This document shows positions 10,173-19,926 of a stretch of DNA of 64,000 nt, piece after piece. The position numbers were made by a program, and so were the translations under genes. The DNA is from an uncultured Thermotogae bacterium (GTDB lineage Bacteria > Bipolaricaulota > Bipolaricaulia > UBA7950 > UBA9294), in NCBI GenBank assembly GCA_964550615.1, contig CAZKAB010000007.1:7-64006 (forward strand), written 5' to 3'. The first letter of the stretch is position 1. Each line of letters opens with the position of its first letter. The notes beneath the pieces were generated by a model. It was given only the letters and a program-made list of their open reading frames with translations. It did not search any database and had not been told where the DNA came from.

Positions 10173-10491
10173 TGTCGCTTGTGCTCCTTGCTCTAGCCAC
10201 TTGATGCGTTCGCGCTTTGTGATTGCTGACCGCCAACTGCTGACTACTGACTGCTCGCTGCTGACGGAACTGGCAATAGCTGGGTGCTGCCTTTCTTTAC
10301 TTTCCAATCCCAATTACGCCTTGCCGATAACCGCCGGCCGGTTTCCTGCAGTTGCTGCTGATCAAGACATCGAGGAGTCGATCTCTCCTGCGGGATGCGA
10401 GCCCTGAGATGTATCCGGTGTGAGGCGCCCCTTGGAAAGGATCACTGCGTGGCTTAGTATTTGCCCATCAATATCACTGGGGGCGTAGACG

Positions 10492-11667
10492 ATGGGTAAG
10501 TATGCGTTCATTGATCAGGCACTCGATGATCTGCGCAAGCAAGGCCTGTACAACACCATCCGAACGATTGAGAGCTCGGTAGGAGCATGGGTAATCGTCG
10601 AGGGAAAGCGTGCGCTCAACATGTGCTCGAACAACTACCTGGGGTTCGCCAACGACGAGCGTTTGTGCACCGCCGCCAAAGACGCAATCGACGGGTATGG
10701 CGTCGGCCCGGGGGCAGTGCGCTCAATTGCCGGCACGATGAGCTTGCACATCGAGCTGGAGAAGAAGCTTGCCGCATTCAAGGGCACCGAAGCCGCGCTG
10801 TCCGTTCAATCGGGACTCAACACAAACCTGGCCACAATCCCGCTTCTCATGGGCAGAGACGATGTGATCTTCACCGACGAACTCAATCACGCCTCAATCA
10901 TCGACGGCTGCCGCTTGACCAAGGCCAAACGCGTGATCTTCCCTCATCGCGACGCAGACGCACTGCGTGTGCTGCTGGAGGAGAACAAGGACATTGCAAA
11001 GAAACTGATCGTTACCGATGGAGTCTTTTCCATGGATGGAGATCTCGCTCCATTGCCCGAGATTGTCGCCGCCGCTGAGGAATACGACGCAATGGTAATG
11101 GTCGACGACGCGCACGGCGAGGGCGTCCTTGGAAGTCACGGGCGCGGGATCGTTGATCACTTCGGGCTGCACGGCCGGGTGGACATCGAGGCGGGGACCA
11201 TGTCCAAGGCGTTCGGCGTCATGGGAGGGTATGTCGCCGGAAGTGCTGATATAGTAGATTACCTGCGTCAACGCGCCCGCCCATTCCTCTTCTCGTCCGC
11301 CGCCACCCCTCCCGATGTCGCTGCGTGCATCGCGGCCATAGATATCCTACAGGAGACAGATGCGCCGGTGCGCAAGCTTTGGAGCAACGCGGACTACTTC
11401 AAGAAAAAGATGACGGCACTCGGCTTTGACACCGGCCATAGTGACACGCCGATTACACCCGTAATGCTCGGCGAGGCAGAGACCGCCTGGAATTTCTCCA
11501 AGCGCCTGTTTGAAGAAGGCGTGTTCGCAACGGCGATTGCATTCCCCACCGTGCCGCAAGGCAAGGCGCGCATCCGCGTTATGCTTTCCGCCGCTCATTC
11601 CGTTTCCGATCTCGATTTTGCACTTGAGAAATTCGCCCAGGTAGGGCGAGAGTTGGGAGTGATCTAG
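10492..11667 (+). CDS. kbl: Glycine C-acetyltransferase (2-amino-3-ketobutyrate CoA ligase)
   Basis: End-to-end resemblance to Kbl: [40 protein letters not shown], the PLP lysine in GTMSKAFG, and [11 protein letters not shown]. Confidence 0.9.
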   Translation: MGKYAFIDQALDDLRKQGLYNTIRTIESSVGAWVIVEGKRALNMCSNNYLGFANDERLCTAAKDAIDGYGVGPGAVRSIAGTMSLHIELEKKLAAFKGTEAALSVQSGLNTNLATIPLLMGRDDVIFTDELNHASIIDGCRLTKAKRVIFPHRDADALRVLLEENKDIAKKLIVTDGVFSMDGDLAPLPEIVAAAEEYDAMVMVDDAHGEGVLGSHGRGIVDHFGLHGRVDIEAGTMSKAFGVMGGYVAGSADIVDYLRQRARPFLFSSAATPPDVAACIAAIDILQETDAPVRKLWSNADYFKKKMTALGFDTGHSDTPITPVMLGEAETAWNFSKRLFEEGVFATAIAFPTVPQGKARIRVMLSAAHSVSDLDFALEKFAQVGRELGVI

Positions 11668-12045
11668 ATGAAAAAGAGAGCGATAGCCACCGACGCCGCC
11701 CCCGCGGCAGTCGGCCCGTATTCACAAGGGATATACGCAGATGGGCTTCTGTTCACCTCCGGGCAGCTCCCGGCAACACCCGCCGGGAAGTTGATCACAG
11801 ACGACATCGAAGAAGCAGCACGACAGTCGCTTAAAAATGTCCAGGCGATCCTGGAAGCAGCCGGAGCATCGATGGCGGATGTGGTGAAGGTGACGATATT
11901 CCTCACCGACATGAATGATTTCGCCAAGGTGAACGCGATATATGATGGCTTCTTTCCCGCACCGCCACCGGCGCGATCATGCATACAAGTGGCCGCGCTG
12001 CCCAAGGGTGCACCGATTGAAATAGAAGCAATCGCGCGCATCTAA
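11668..12045 (+). CDS. ridA: RidA/YjgF family reactive-intermediate deaminase
   Basis: APAAVGPYSQGI...LFTSGQLP and IEIEAIA motifs. 125 aa. The ATG abuts the kbl stop. Confidence 0.9.
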   Translation: MKKRAIATDAAPAAVGPYSQGIYADGLLFTSGQLPATPAGKLITDDIEEAARQSLKNVQAILEAAGASMADVVKVTIFLTDMNDFAKVNAIYDGFFPAPPPARSCIQVAALPKGAPIEIEAIARI

Positions 12046-12082
12046 ACAGCGCGCACACCGGCAAACAAGCAAAGGGATATCG

Positions 12083-13129
12083 ATGAGATTCTTCGACACT
12101 CACTGTGACACGGCAATGAAGGTGCTCGACGGCAAGCTCGATTTTCTCACCGGAGAAGGGAACGGTCACATTTCTCTTCCCGCGATGATCGAGGCGGGAG
12201 CATGTGCGCAGGTTTTCGCATGCTTTGTCCTCAGCGAGCACCATCCCGGAACCGAGCGCGAACGAGCGGAAGCAATGATCGGAACCGTACACGCGCTTGT
12301 CGCAGCAAGCTCTGAGCGGATGCGTGTTGTCCTTACGAGAGATGGCTTGCGCTCGTCGTGCACCGGGAATGGCACAATCGCCGCGCTGATCGGACTTGAA
12401 GGAGCGGATCCACTCGAAGGAGACGCAGAAAACCTCCGCCACTTCTTCGACCTCGGTGTACGCGACATTATTCCCGCGTGGCAGGATAACGCATTCTCGG
12501 GAACGGCATTCGGCACTGATACTCCCCTCACCGAGCAGGGAATCAGGCTCATCGAGCTAGCGGAAGAACTGGGTGTGATGGTCGATGTATCACACATCTC
12601 CGACTCCGCGTTTCAGGTGCTCGTGAGAGCTGCGAGGCATCCGTTCATTGCCAGCCACTCCAACTGCCGCGCCCTATGTCCGACACTGCGCAATCTCACC
12701 GATGACATGATTCGGACGCTCTCCGACAAAGGTGGAGTGATGGGGATCAATCTTTCTCCCGCCTTCCTCGACCCGGAATACTACGCCGAATCGTTTCCTC
12801 GTTGGGAGCGCGCAAGCACCGCTGAGGCAACCCAAGAGGAGAAAGATCGACTTAAGGCAGAGGTAGATGCCCTTCCGCGTCCTCCACTCGAATGGGTTGC
12901 ACGTCACGTGCTGCATGCAATCGAAGTGGGCGGAGAAGACGTCATCGGGCTGGGCGGGGACCTCGACGGAATACAGAATACGCCGGAAGGAATCGATACC
13001 ATCGCCGATTACGTCAACATCCCCGATCTCCTTCTTTCCGCCGGCCTGAACACGCGTCAGGTGGAGAAGGTGTGCTACCGGAACTTCCAGCGCGTGTTCG
13101 ATGAGGTGCTGCCCGCAGAAAACAGTTGA
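12083..13129 (+). CDS. Membrane dipeptidase (peptidase family M19)
   Basis: MRFFDTHCDT, DVSHISD and ASHSNCRALCPTLRNLTDDMI motifs. Confidence 0.88.
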   Translation: MRFFDTHCDTAMKVLDGKLDFLTGEGNGHISLPAMIEAGACAQVFACFVLSEHHPGTERERAEAMIGTVHALVAASSERMRVVLTRDGLRSSCTGNGTIAALIGLEGADPLEGDAENLRHFFDLGVRDIIPAWQDNAFSGTAFGTDTPLTEQGIRLIELAEELGVMVDVSHISDSAFQVLVRAARHPFIASHSNCRALCPTLRNLTDDMIRTLSDKGGVMGINLSPAFLDPEYYAESFPRWERASTAEATQEEKDRLKAEVDALPRPPLEWVARHVLHAIEVGGEDVIGLGGDLDGIQNTPEGIDTIADYVNIPDLLLSAGLNTRQVEKVCYRNFQRVFDEVLPAENS

Positions 13130-13163
13130 TACGGGAGTGCGCCGCTTGTTGCTTTCGCGAATG

Positions 13164-13667
13164 TCAGCTGAGCCACGCGATAACGGCCAATGCTATCCAG
13201 GCGCCGGCGAACACAACGGGCACCATTACCATCAGGACAAGCGGCATGTGTCGTGTGAGAAATCCGATACGCATCGCCTCCGGCTGCCAATCCTCGCATC
13301 TCCAGGATGTACCGGGAACGCATACCTTTTCTCCAGCAAGGAGCTTAGACAGGCTGCGTTGAAATTCGCCACCTGCGAATTGACCCTCGATGCTTCGCAG
13401 CAGACCCGTCACGTGGGAGGCCTCTCTTGCGGCTCTCTGTTGGCTGGTAAGCCACGCGAGACAGACAAGAACCCCCAATCCAGCAAGGATGGTACTGAAG
13501 TATCTTCCTTCCCACATCGTGTAGGAAAAGAGAAACAGGGACAATGGAAATATCAACGCACAGTTCGCCAACAGGAATGCGCCGGCGATCGTCCAATAGC
13601 TACGCTCTTTGCCGCAAGCACTCCACGTCAACGCTTGATAGACGACCAGCCACTCTTCGAGTTCCAT
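13164..13667 (-). CDS. Hypothetical 3-TM membrane protein (RipA-like size and topology; weak call)
   Basis: ATG at 13667 preceded by AGGGAGG. Three clear hydrophobic helices. The opposite-strand ORF 13101-13772 has no such features. Confidence 0.6.
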   Translation of the reverse strand: MELEEWLVVYQALTWSACGKERSYWTIAGAFLLANCALIFPLSLFLFSYTMWEGRYFSTILAGLGVLVCLAWLTSQQRAAREASHVTGLLRSIEGQFAGGEFQRSLSKLLAGEKVCVPGTSWRCEDWQPEAMRIGFLTRHMPLVLMVMVPVVFAGAWIALAVIAWLS

Positions 13668-13842
13668 ACGAACCTCCCTAATCCTCAATCATGTGCATCT
13701 TCAGCGTCGGCGGAAGGCGGTCGTTCCGCAATGTTTAGGACACTCGTCCGTGTGTTTGTTCTCCGCTGGTGAATGAACTAGGATATATACTGAAGCTAAT
13801 TGCCCAAGGCAGGCGTGAGAGAGGTGGAGCAAGTGAATCACC

Positions 13843-15213
13843 TTGGGGGAAGTTGCACGACGGAAACTGATGATTAAGCAGATATTGGACGAACTGGCGC
13901 ATAGCGTAATCGAACTCTCGCCATATCGCCGCACGCTTGTCTCTCTCTATGAACAACCGATCTCGCCCGTTCCGGATTCGGCCACACGCGTTCTTGAATA
14001 CGCTTCCTGCGGCCTCAGCCCGGAAAGCAACGAACAGGTGCTATTGTTCATCGCGGGCGGAGGGATAGTACGTGGAGACAAGTACTTGCCTTCATTCCGG
14101 ATTAGCGCATCCTATTACATCCCATCTGGAACTCTCCCGTATCCCGTCAGTCCGTGGATCACGAGCCGGCGGCGATTCATCAACGTGCGGGGCTGGCAAA
14201 CCGACGATCTGTTGCTCGTGCCCCTTTGGACGGACAGCCGGATTATCGGGCAGATCTCTGTCGACGACCCAAAGGATGGAGCGCGGCCGTCCTTGACTGA
14301 GCTCCGCAAACTGGAGGATCTGGCGGATGTAACGGCGATCGCTCTCATGCAGGCGCGGCAACAAGAGGACCTCACTCAGAGGCATAGACTCTTCCACTTC
14401 CTCACTGAGAACGCGATGACCGGCGTTCTCATCGCTCAAGGAGAACGGATACGGTACGCCAATGACCATGCCATCGAGATTTTCGGATATCCCATGGAAC
14501 AACTGACCGCGGTGGAACCGTGGTGGCAGCTGTTTCACCCCGACGACCGCATGAAGCTACGCGCGACGGACAAGCTGTTCGAGACCGGAGAACTGGAGGT
14601 AAAGGGGATACGAAATGACGGAGGATCAGTATGGCTGAAGCTGCAGCCGCTGCATTTGGAATATGAGGGGAAGCCGGCCATTCTCATCAACCTGCTTGAC
14701 ATAAGCGAACGCGTTCGAGCGGAGGTCCTCCTCAAGGAAAAGGCATTCCGCGACCCTTTGACCGGACTGTTCAATCGCCACTATTTCGACGATTCCATCC
14801 AGATGGAGCTCAAACGGGCTCAACGATACAAGCGGCCGTTCACACTCATGATGACCGATCTCTCCAGGTTCAAGCGCATAAACGACACCCTGGGGCACCA
14901 GGAAGGCGATCGAATCCTTCACGATGTCGCACACGTAGTGCAGGAACAACTGCGGGAGAGCGACTGGGCGACCCGCTACGGCGGCGACGAATTTCTGCTC
15001 GTCCTTCCGGAAACGGGAGTGCGAATAGAGGCGCTGGCGCAGCGCTTGCGAAGTGCTGTCGAAGAGTGGAGCAAGGCCAATCTCCCGGACACGGAACTGG
15101 GGATCGACGTCGGATGGGCGACATGGACTCCGGAGGATGATCTGTCACTGTCACGGTTGTTGAAGACCGCTGATAAGAACATGTACGCAGCCAAGAACGG
15201 ATTAAAAGGCTGA
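13843..15213 (+). CDS. Diguanylate cyclase, GAF-like + PAS + GGDEF
   Basis: RYGGDEFLLVL active site, upstream RxxD-type region, PAS segment (GVLIAQGERIRYANDHAIEIFGY). Start is TTG 13843 or ATG 13870. Confidence 0.88.
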   Translation: MGEVARRKLMIKQILDELAHSVIELSPYRRTLVSLYEQPISPVPDSATRVLEYASCGLSPESNEQVLLFIAGGGIVRGDKYLPSFRISASYYIPSGTLPYPVSPWITSRRRFINVRGWQTDDLLLVPLWTDSRIIGQISVDDPKDGARPSLTELRKLEDLADVTAIALMQARQQEDLTQRHRLFHFLTENAMTGVLIAQGERIRYANDHAIEIFGYPMEQLTAVEPWWQLFHPDDRMKLRATDKLFETGELEVKGIRNDGGSVWLKLQPLHLEYEGKPAILINLLDISERVRAEVLLKEKAFRDPLTGLFNRHYFDDSIQMELKRAQRYKRPFTLMMTDLSRFKRINDTLGHQEGDRILHDVAHVVQEQLRESDWATRYGGDEFLLVLPETGVRIEALAQRLRSAVEEWSKANLPDTELGIDVGWATWTPEDDLSLSRLLKTADKNMYAAKNGLKG

Positions 15214-15364
15214 TCAGTGTCTCCTCAGAGACCTTCGGCCGATTCGGCTGCGTCGAGTGCGTTTCCGGCCATGATATGCTCGGGCCGTAAGCGCTCTCTC
15301 AACGGGTAGAGCCAGGCAAGCACGCTTCGAGCCGAAATCGCCGCAAAGTGCGACCGCTCCGCAA

Positions 15365-16132
15365 TCACGTGTCGGCAGAAGCGGGATCCTGTTCATAATA
15401 GCTCTTTAGTTCATCGTAGAGCTGCGGCAGTTGCTCACGCAGTTGCTGGGGCCTCTCGAAGAAGAACTCAGTCGCCACGGCGAAGAACTCGGCGGGATTG
15501 GTCGCTCCATATCGATCAAGCAGAGTGTCCCTACCATAGGCGACATCGCGGCGGAGCTTCTCATACTCCTCGCCAAGAATGCGCGCCCATGCAACATACA
15601 TCGAGCGCCGCGGAAGGATCGGCGCGCCGTCTGTCTCGCCGTTTTCGGCGTCAAGCTGGTGCGCGAACTCGTGGAACACAACATTGTGCCCGTCATGAAT
15701 GTCGGCAGCACCGGAGCGAATATCGTCCCATGAGAGGACCACGGCTCCCCGGGTCCATGACTCCCCCAGCCGATGTTCCATCCCCTCGCTCACGATTCCC
15801 GCGTCGTCTCGCTCGAAGTGGCGGGCCACATACGCATGTGGATAGACGATGATGGAGCGTAGGCCCGGGTAGTAGTCAGTACGGCGGTGCAAGAGCAGTA
15901 CGCATGCCTGCGCGGCAACGGTAACGCGGATTTCATCGGTCATCCGCAGTCCACCCGCTCCTTCAAACCGTTTCTCCGCAAGGAACACCTGTACGTGTTC
16001 CTCGAGTTCACGCCGATCGGCGGGTGAAAGCTGTCTCACGAAAGGAACATTTCTCTCGATAGTTTTCCGCCATGTGGCGGGGAACTCACGCGCCCGGACT
16101 TGCCGCCTCCGCCGTTCTTTCAGCCAGTCCAC
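15365..16132 (-). CDS. mtfA: MtfA-like zinc peptidase (M90 family)
   Basis: HEFAHQLD zinc motif and NPAEFFAVATEFFFERP. Colinear with E. coli MtfA by eye. The GTG start overlaps the upstream gene by 13 nt. Confidence 0.8.
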   Translation of the reverse strand: MDWLKERRRRQVRAREFPATWRKTIERNVPFVRQLSPADRRELEEHVQVFLAEKRFEGAGGLRMTDEIRVTVAAQACVLLLHRRTDYYPGLRSIIVYPHAYVARHFERDDAGIVSEGMEHRLGESWTRGAVVLSWDDIRSGAADIHDGHNVVFHEFAHQLDAENGETDGAPILPRRSMYVAWARILGEEYEKLRRDVAYGRDTLLDRYGATNPAEFFAVATEFFFERPQQLREQLPQLYDELKSYYEQDPASADT

Positions 16133-17493
16133 GAGACTTCTCGCCTTCCCTTCCTTCGTTTTCGATTCGGACGTTCCTGGCGCTCGCTGGCACCGTTCTT
16201 ACTCCACACTTCGTGCAACGCATTCAGAGCCGCGTTGTAGCGTCGATCGAGAACTACAGGATCGGTCGATTCCGGCTCATTGCACATTGTCGCATACGGA
16301 ACACTGATCCCGTTCACCGAAAGCATTCCGTATGGATCGGGAGCGATCTTGAACCAGTCGTCGATTCCGTATGTTTCCTGCATCTCGATGCGAGGCACGG
16401 AGTGCGTGAGGATACCATTCTTGCGAGTCTCGTCGTAGCGCGCCAGGTTCCGTCGCCATGACTCTTCGAACGGCACGTCAACGTACAGGATCGCCGCGCG
16501 CGACAGAATCGCGGGAGAGATCCGTGACAGGGCCTCAACATATCCATCTTCTCCTCCACGGGAGAATTCCACGATCAGGGAGTTGTGAGACAGTGCGTTC
16601 GGGTCGGAAATGATCTCAGCTACTTGTTGGTTGATCTTCCCTATTAGGAAGGACCAAAGCCCGTGGTCAGTGATCGCATAGTTCTCGTCCGCGCGGCGGG
16701 AATAGAGTCGATCGCGTCCTAATTCCTCCCACAGGTCGTCTTCCTCGAATTTTTCCCACAAGACAGGAAAGTCGTCGATCACATGGAATGGAGCGATGTG
16801 ATAACGCTCGGCACGGTGCACACGGGAGTCCTTGTACATGAAGTCTATGAATTCGCTCTTGCCGCTCGCCGGCCGGCCGAGAAGCAGGATAATGTCAAAC
16901 GTATCCTCGAGAGAGGCCCAGTCGCCCGTGTACGCAAGCCCGAGCGACTTTTCGATCTCCATCAGAAACGTCGACGGCTCGCGATCGGCATCGATGGTGA
17001 CAAGCTCCGATCCGTGTTCGATGTGCCATTCTTGAAGATGGGCGAGCATTGTTTCCAGATTCTGCCTGTCAATGGCGAACTCCGGTGTGCCGCGCTCGCG
17101 CTGCCGCGAAAGAGAGACCTCAACCGGAATTTCCATGCGCAGGTAGCAATCCGGCGCAGGAAGGGCATTGGCGATTTGAGGATAGCTTGCGATGAATCCA
17201 TCGTCGTTCAATGCCTTTGCGTAGGCAAGATGAACGCCAAGATGCGACTCCTCCAGGCAGAGTTTCCCATCCGCCAGTGCCTGCTCAATCTCCTTTCTCC
17301 GCCTCGGGAGCGCAGCGATGATCGCCGCTGTCAGCCGGTCACGTTCGGTGAACAAGTCGATTCCTTCATGCAATACGACCTCTTTGACAAGCTCCGGCAG
17401 TACCTTGACGCGCTGCGGATAAAACCGTGCAAGAAGAGAGAGCGTCTCGCTCTTCCCCACCGCCGGCAACCCCTCAAAGACGATGTATCTCAT
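16120..17493 (-). CDS. Hypothetical protein with two tandem P-loop kinase-like domains
   Basis: Walker A 1: IVFEGLPAVGKSE (thymidylate/deoxynucleoside-kinase-like). Walker A 2: ILLLGRPASGKSE (AAA_33/PFK2-kinase-like). Basic C-terminal tail. AAAGGAGA SD. Confidence 0.7.
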   Translation of the reverse strand: MRYIVFEGLPAVGKSETLSLLARFYPQRVKVLPELVKEVVLHEGIDLFTERDRLTAAIIAALPRRRKEIEQALADGKLCLEESHLGVHLAYAKALNDDGFIASYPQIANALPAPDCYLRMEIPVEVSLSRQRERGTPEFAIDRQNLETMLAHLQEWHIEHGSELVTIDADREPSTFLMEIEKSLGLAYTGDWASLEDTFDIILLLGRPASGKSEFIDFMYKDSRVHRAERYHIAPFHVIDDFPVLWEKFEEDDLWEELGRDRLYSRRADENYAITDHGLWSFLIGKINQQVAEIISDPNALSHNSLIVEFSRGGEDGYVEALSRISPAILSRAAILYVDVPFEESWRRNLARYDETRKNGILTHSVPRIEMQETYGIDDWFKIAPDPYGMLSVNGISVPYATMCNEPESTDPVVLDRRYNAALNALHEVWSKNGASERQERPNRKRRKGRREVSWTG

Positions 17494-17626
17494 CTCGTTC
17501 TCCTTTTGTATCTCGCGTATTTTACCCGCTTGTGTTGTGCGCGTCCCGCCTAATGGCCATCCGGGCGCCGCGTTCGACTTATGCAGGTCGTTCTGTATAA
17601 TGGGCGATCAGAAAGGAGCCTGGCAA

Positions 17627-19909
17627 TTGCGAAATCTGATTATTGTTGAATCACCGACCAAGGCACGGACTATCAGCCAGTACTTGGGGAAGGAATACAA
17701 GGTGCTCTCATCACAGGGGCACGTGCGGGATCTGCCGCGTAACGACCTGGGAGTAGACATAGAGAAGGGGTTTGCTCCGAAATTCGAGACCAAGCGCGGC
17801 AAGCGTATCCAAGAACTCAGACAGGCCGCCAAGGACGCCGAGAAGATATACCTTGCCACCGACCACGATCGCGAGGGAGAAGCGATCGCCTATGACCTGT
17901 ACACGATCCTTAAGCGCGCGGGAAAAGGTGACGACGCATTCTCGCGCCCAATATTCAATGAGATCACGAAGTCGGTCATCCTCGAAGCGCTCGCCTCGCC
18001 CACTCAGATCAACATGGACCGAGTGGAGGCGCAGCGTACGCGCCGCATCCTGGATCGCCTGGTGGGCTATCAGGTAAGCCCTTTGCTGTCACGGGCGATC
18101 GCCGGCAATCGATTTGAAGGCCTGTCCGCCGGCCGCGTCCAATCAGTTGCTTTGCGCTTCCTATGCGATCGAGAAGCGGAGATCGCGCGGTTCGTTCCCG
18201 AAGAGTACTGGGAACTCGAGGCCAAACTCAAAAACAAGGATTTGTTCACGGCGAATCTGACAAAGCGCAACGGGAAGAAGTTCGTCATCCACAGCTCAAG
18301 TGAGGCGGAATCGGTCGTAGGCGACCTGCGCAGTGCAGCGGAGATTATCGTCGCATCGGTCTCGGAGAAGGAACGCCGTCGTCAGCCGTCGCCGCCGTTC
18401 ATCACCAGCTCGCTGCAGCAAGCAGCGTCATCCTCTCTTCACTTCACTCCTAAACGGACAATGAAGATTGCTCAGGAGCTGTACGAAGGCGTAACCCTGC
18501 CCGAAGGGGATGTCGGGCTCATTACGTACATGCGTACAGACTCTCTGCGAATGTCCGATGAGGCGGTGGCCGCAGCTCGCGAACTGATCGCAAACACCTA
18601 CGGAGACAAGTACCTGGAAGCTAAGGAACGTCACTTCAAGAACAAGAAGCGTTCCCAAGATGCGCACGAGGCGATTCGCCCGACCGATCTGAAGCGAACG
18701 CCGGAGGAAATAGCTCGTCACCTCACCAGCGAACAGCTCAAACTGTACGCGCTCATATACAACCGCTTCCTGGCAACACAGATGACGGCGGCGGTATATA
18801 TCCAACGAAAAGCCGTCATTTCCGCGGCGCCATACACACTTGAAGCGAGTGGAAGCTCTCTCAAATTCGATGGCTTTCTCAGACTATTTCCCGAACAGCG
18901 TGCACAAGACAAACCATTTCCCGACGACCTTCGTGAAGGGATGAGCCTGTCGCTGGAAGAAATCGACAGCAAACAGAAATTCACCGAACCGCCGCGGCGC
19001 TACAGCGAGGCAGGACTGGTCAACCTGCTGGAGAAAGAGGGAATCGGACGGCCGAGCACATATGCCTCGATAGTGTCCGTAATCCAGGACAGGGGCTACG
19101 CGGTGAAGGATGGAGGGAGCTTGCAGCCGACGCTGCTCGGACAGATCGTGATAGACTTCCTGAAACAGAACTTCACTCAGACAGTAGAGACTGAGTTCAC
19201 CGCGCACATGGAAGAGGACCTCGATCAGATCGAAGAGGGATCGCTCACACGTACGGCAACTCTTGACGAGTTCTACCGCCCGTTTTCCGAGCGCATACAG
19301 GCGGTCGAGGCATCGATCGACGGCGGCGAACGCATGTTCCGCATGCTAACGGATGTTCACTGCGCCAAGTGCGATGCGCCGATGGAACTTCGCTATTGGA
19401 AGGGGTCACACTTCCTTGGATGTTCCCGCTATCCTGAATGCAAGAACACGAAGAGTCTTCCACCCCAGTTTCCCTACCGTTTCGAGAATGGCGAATTACT
19501 CCTGCGCGAGGGACTGGAAGAGATGGAAAAACAGGCGCGTGCGCAGCAAATTCCATGCCCGGAGTGCGGCGCCTCGATGGAACTCAAGACAGGAAGGTAC
19601 GGACGATACTACCGCTGCACGAATCCCGAATGCGGCAAGACCGCGTCTGTCTCCACCGGCGTTTCGTGCCCGGCTTGCGGCGAAGGAAAGCTGGTGGAGA
19701 AGTACTCCGCCAAGCGGCGGCGTACATTCTATAGCTGCGATCGGTACCCGGATTGTCGGTTCGCCGTCAGCAGCAGGCCGGTAAGGACTTGCCCCGCGTG
19801 TGAATCCGGTGTACTCGTGGAGAACAAGGGGAAGCTCGTCTGCAGCAACAAGGACTGCCACTACTCCGAGGAATCGGAGCCGTCCACTTCCGCCGACATC
19901 AGTGATTGA
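17627..19909 (+). CDS. topA: DNA topoisomerase I with four C-terminal Zn-ribbons
   Basis: Toprim start LIIVESPTKA. The active-site region includes GLITYMRTDS. Four CxxC...CxxC modules. I prefer TTG 17627 (AAGGAG SD 8 nt upstream) over ATG 17600, which has no SD and overlaps a TATAAT box. Confidence 0.93.
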   Translation: MRNLIIVESPTKARTISQYLGKEYKVLSSQGHVRDLPRNDLGVDIEKGFAPKFETKRGKRIQELRQAAKDAEKIYLATDHDREGEAIAYDLYTILKRAGKGDDAFSRPIFNEITKSVILEALASPTQINMDRVEAQRTRRILDRLVGYQVSPLLSRAIAGNRFEGLSAGRVQSVALRFLCDREAEIARFVPEEYWELEAKLKNKDLFTANLTKRNGKKFVIHSSSEAESVVGDLRSAAEIIVASVSEKERRRQPSPPFITSSLQQAASSSLHFTPKRTMKIAQELYEGVTLPEGDVGLITYMRTDSLRMSDEAVAAARELIANTYGDKYLEAKERHFKNKKRSQDAHEAIRPTDLKRTPEEIARHLTSEQLKLYALIYNRFLATQMTAAVYIQRKAVISAAPYTLEASGSSLKFDGFLRLFPEQRAQDKPFPDDLREGMSLSLEEIDSKQKFTEPPRRYSEAGLVNLLEKEGIGRPSTYASIVSVIQDRGYAVKDGGSLQPTLLGQIVIDFLKQNFTQTVETEFTAHMEEDLDQIEEGSLTRTATLDEFYRPFSERIQAVEASIDGGERMFRMLTDVHCAKCDAPMELRYWKGSHFLGCSRYPECKNTKSLPPQFPYRFENGELLLREGLEEMEKQARAQQIPCPECGASMELKTGRYGRYYRCTNPECGKTASVSTGVSCPACGEGKLVEKYSAKRRRTFYSCDRYPDCRFAVSSRPVRTCPACESGVLVENKGKLVCSNKDCHYSEESEPSTSADISD

Positions 19910-19926
19910 CGCGTCGGTTCTCTGCG

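Noticed and set aside
10135-10407. 90-aa Cys-rich ORF beginning MPLFVAFVLFVV (possible small secreted peptide or RiPP precursor)
   Set aside because: It has no SD. The hydrophobic N-terminus is simply the translation of the 9-nt CTTCGTGNN repeat arm, and no maturation genes are adjacent. I kept it only as part of the non-coding repeat finding.
10380-10491. Riboswitch upstream of kbl (CTGAGA and GGAAAGGA strings suggested TPP or glycine elements)
   Set aside because: The conserved TPP core (ACCC...UGAACCUGAUC...) and the glycine-riboswitch cores are absent. The match is limited to hexamers.
13101-13772. 223-aa plus-strand ORF
   Set aside because: It overlaps the minus-strand 3-TM ORF, which has a strong SD and coherent TM helices. 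The plus-strand product is Arg/Ser/Gln-rich with no features.
16783-17553. 256-aa plus-strand ORF
   Set aside because: It is antisense to the double P-loop gene, which has Walker motifs and an SD. No motifs of its own.
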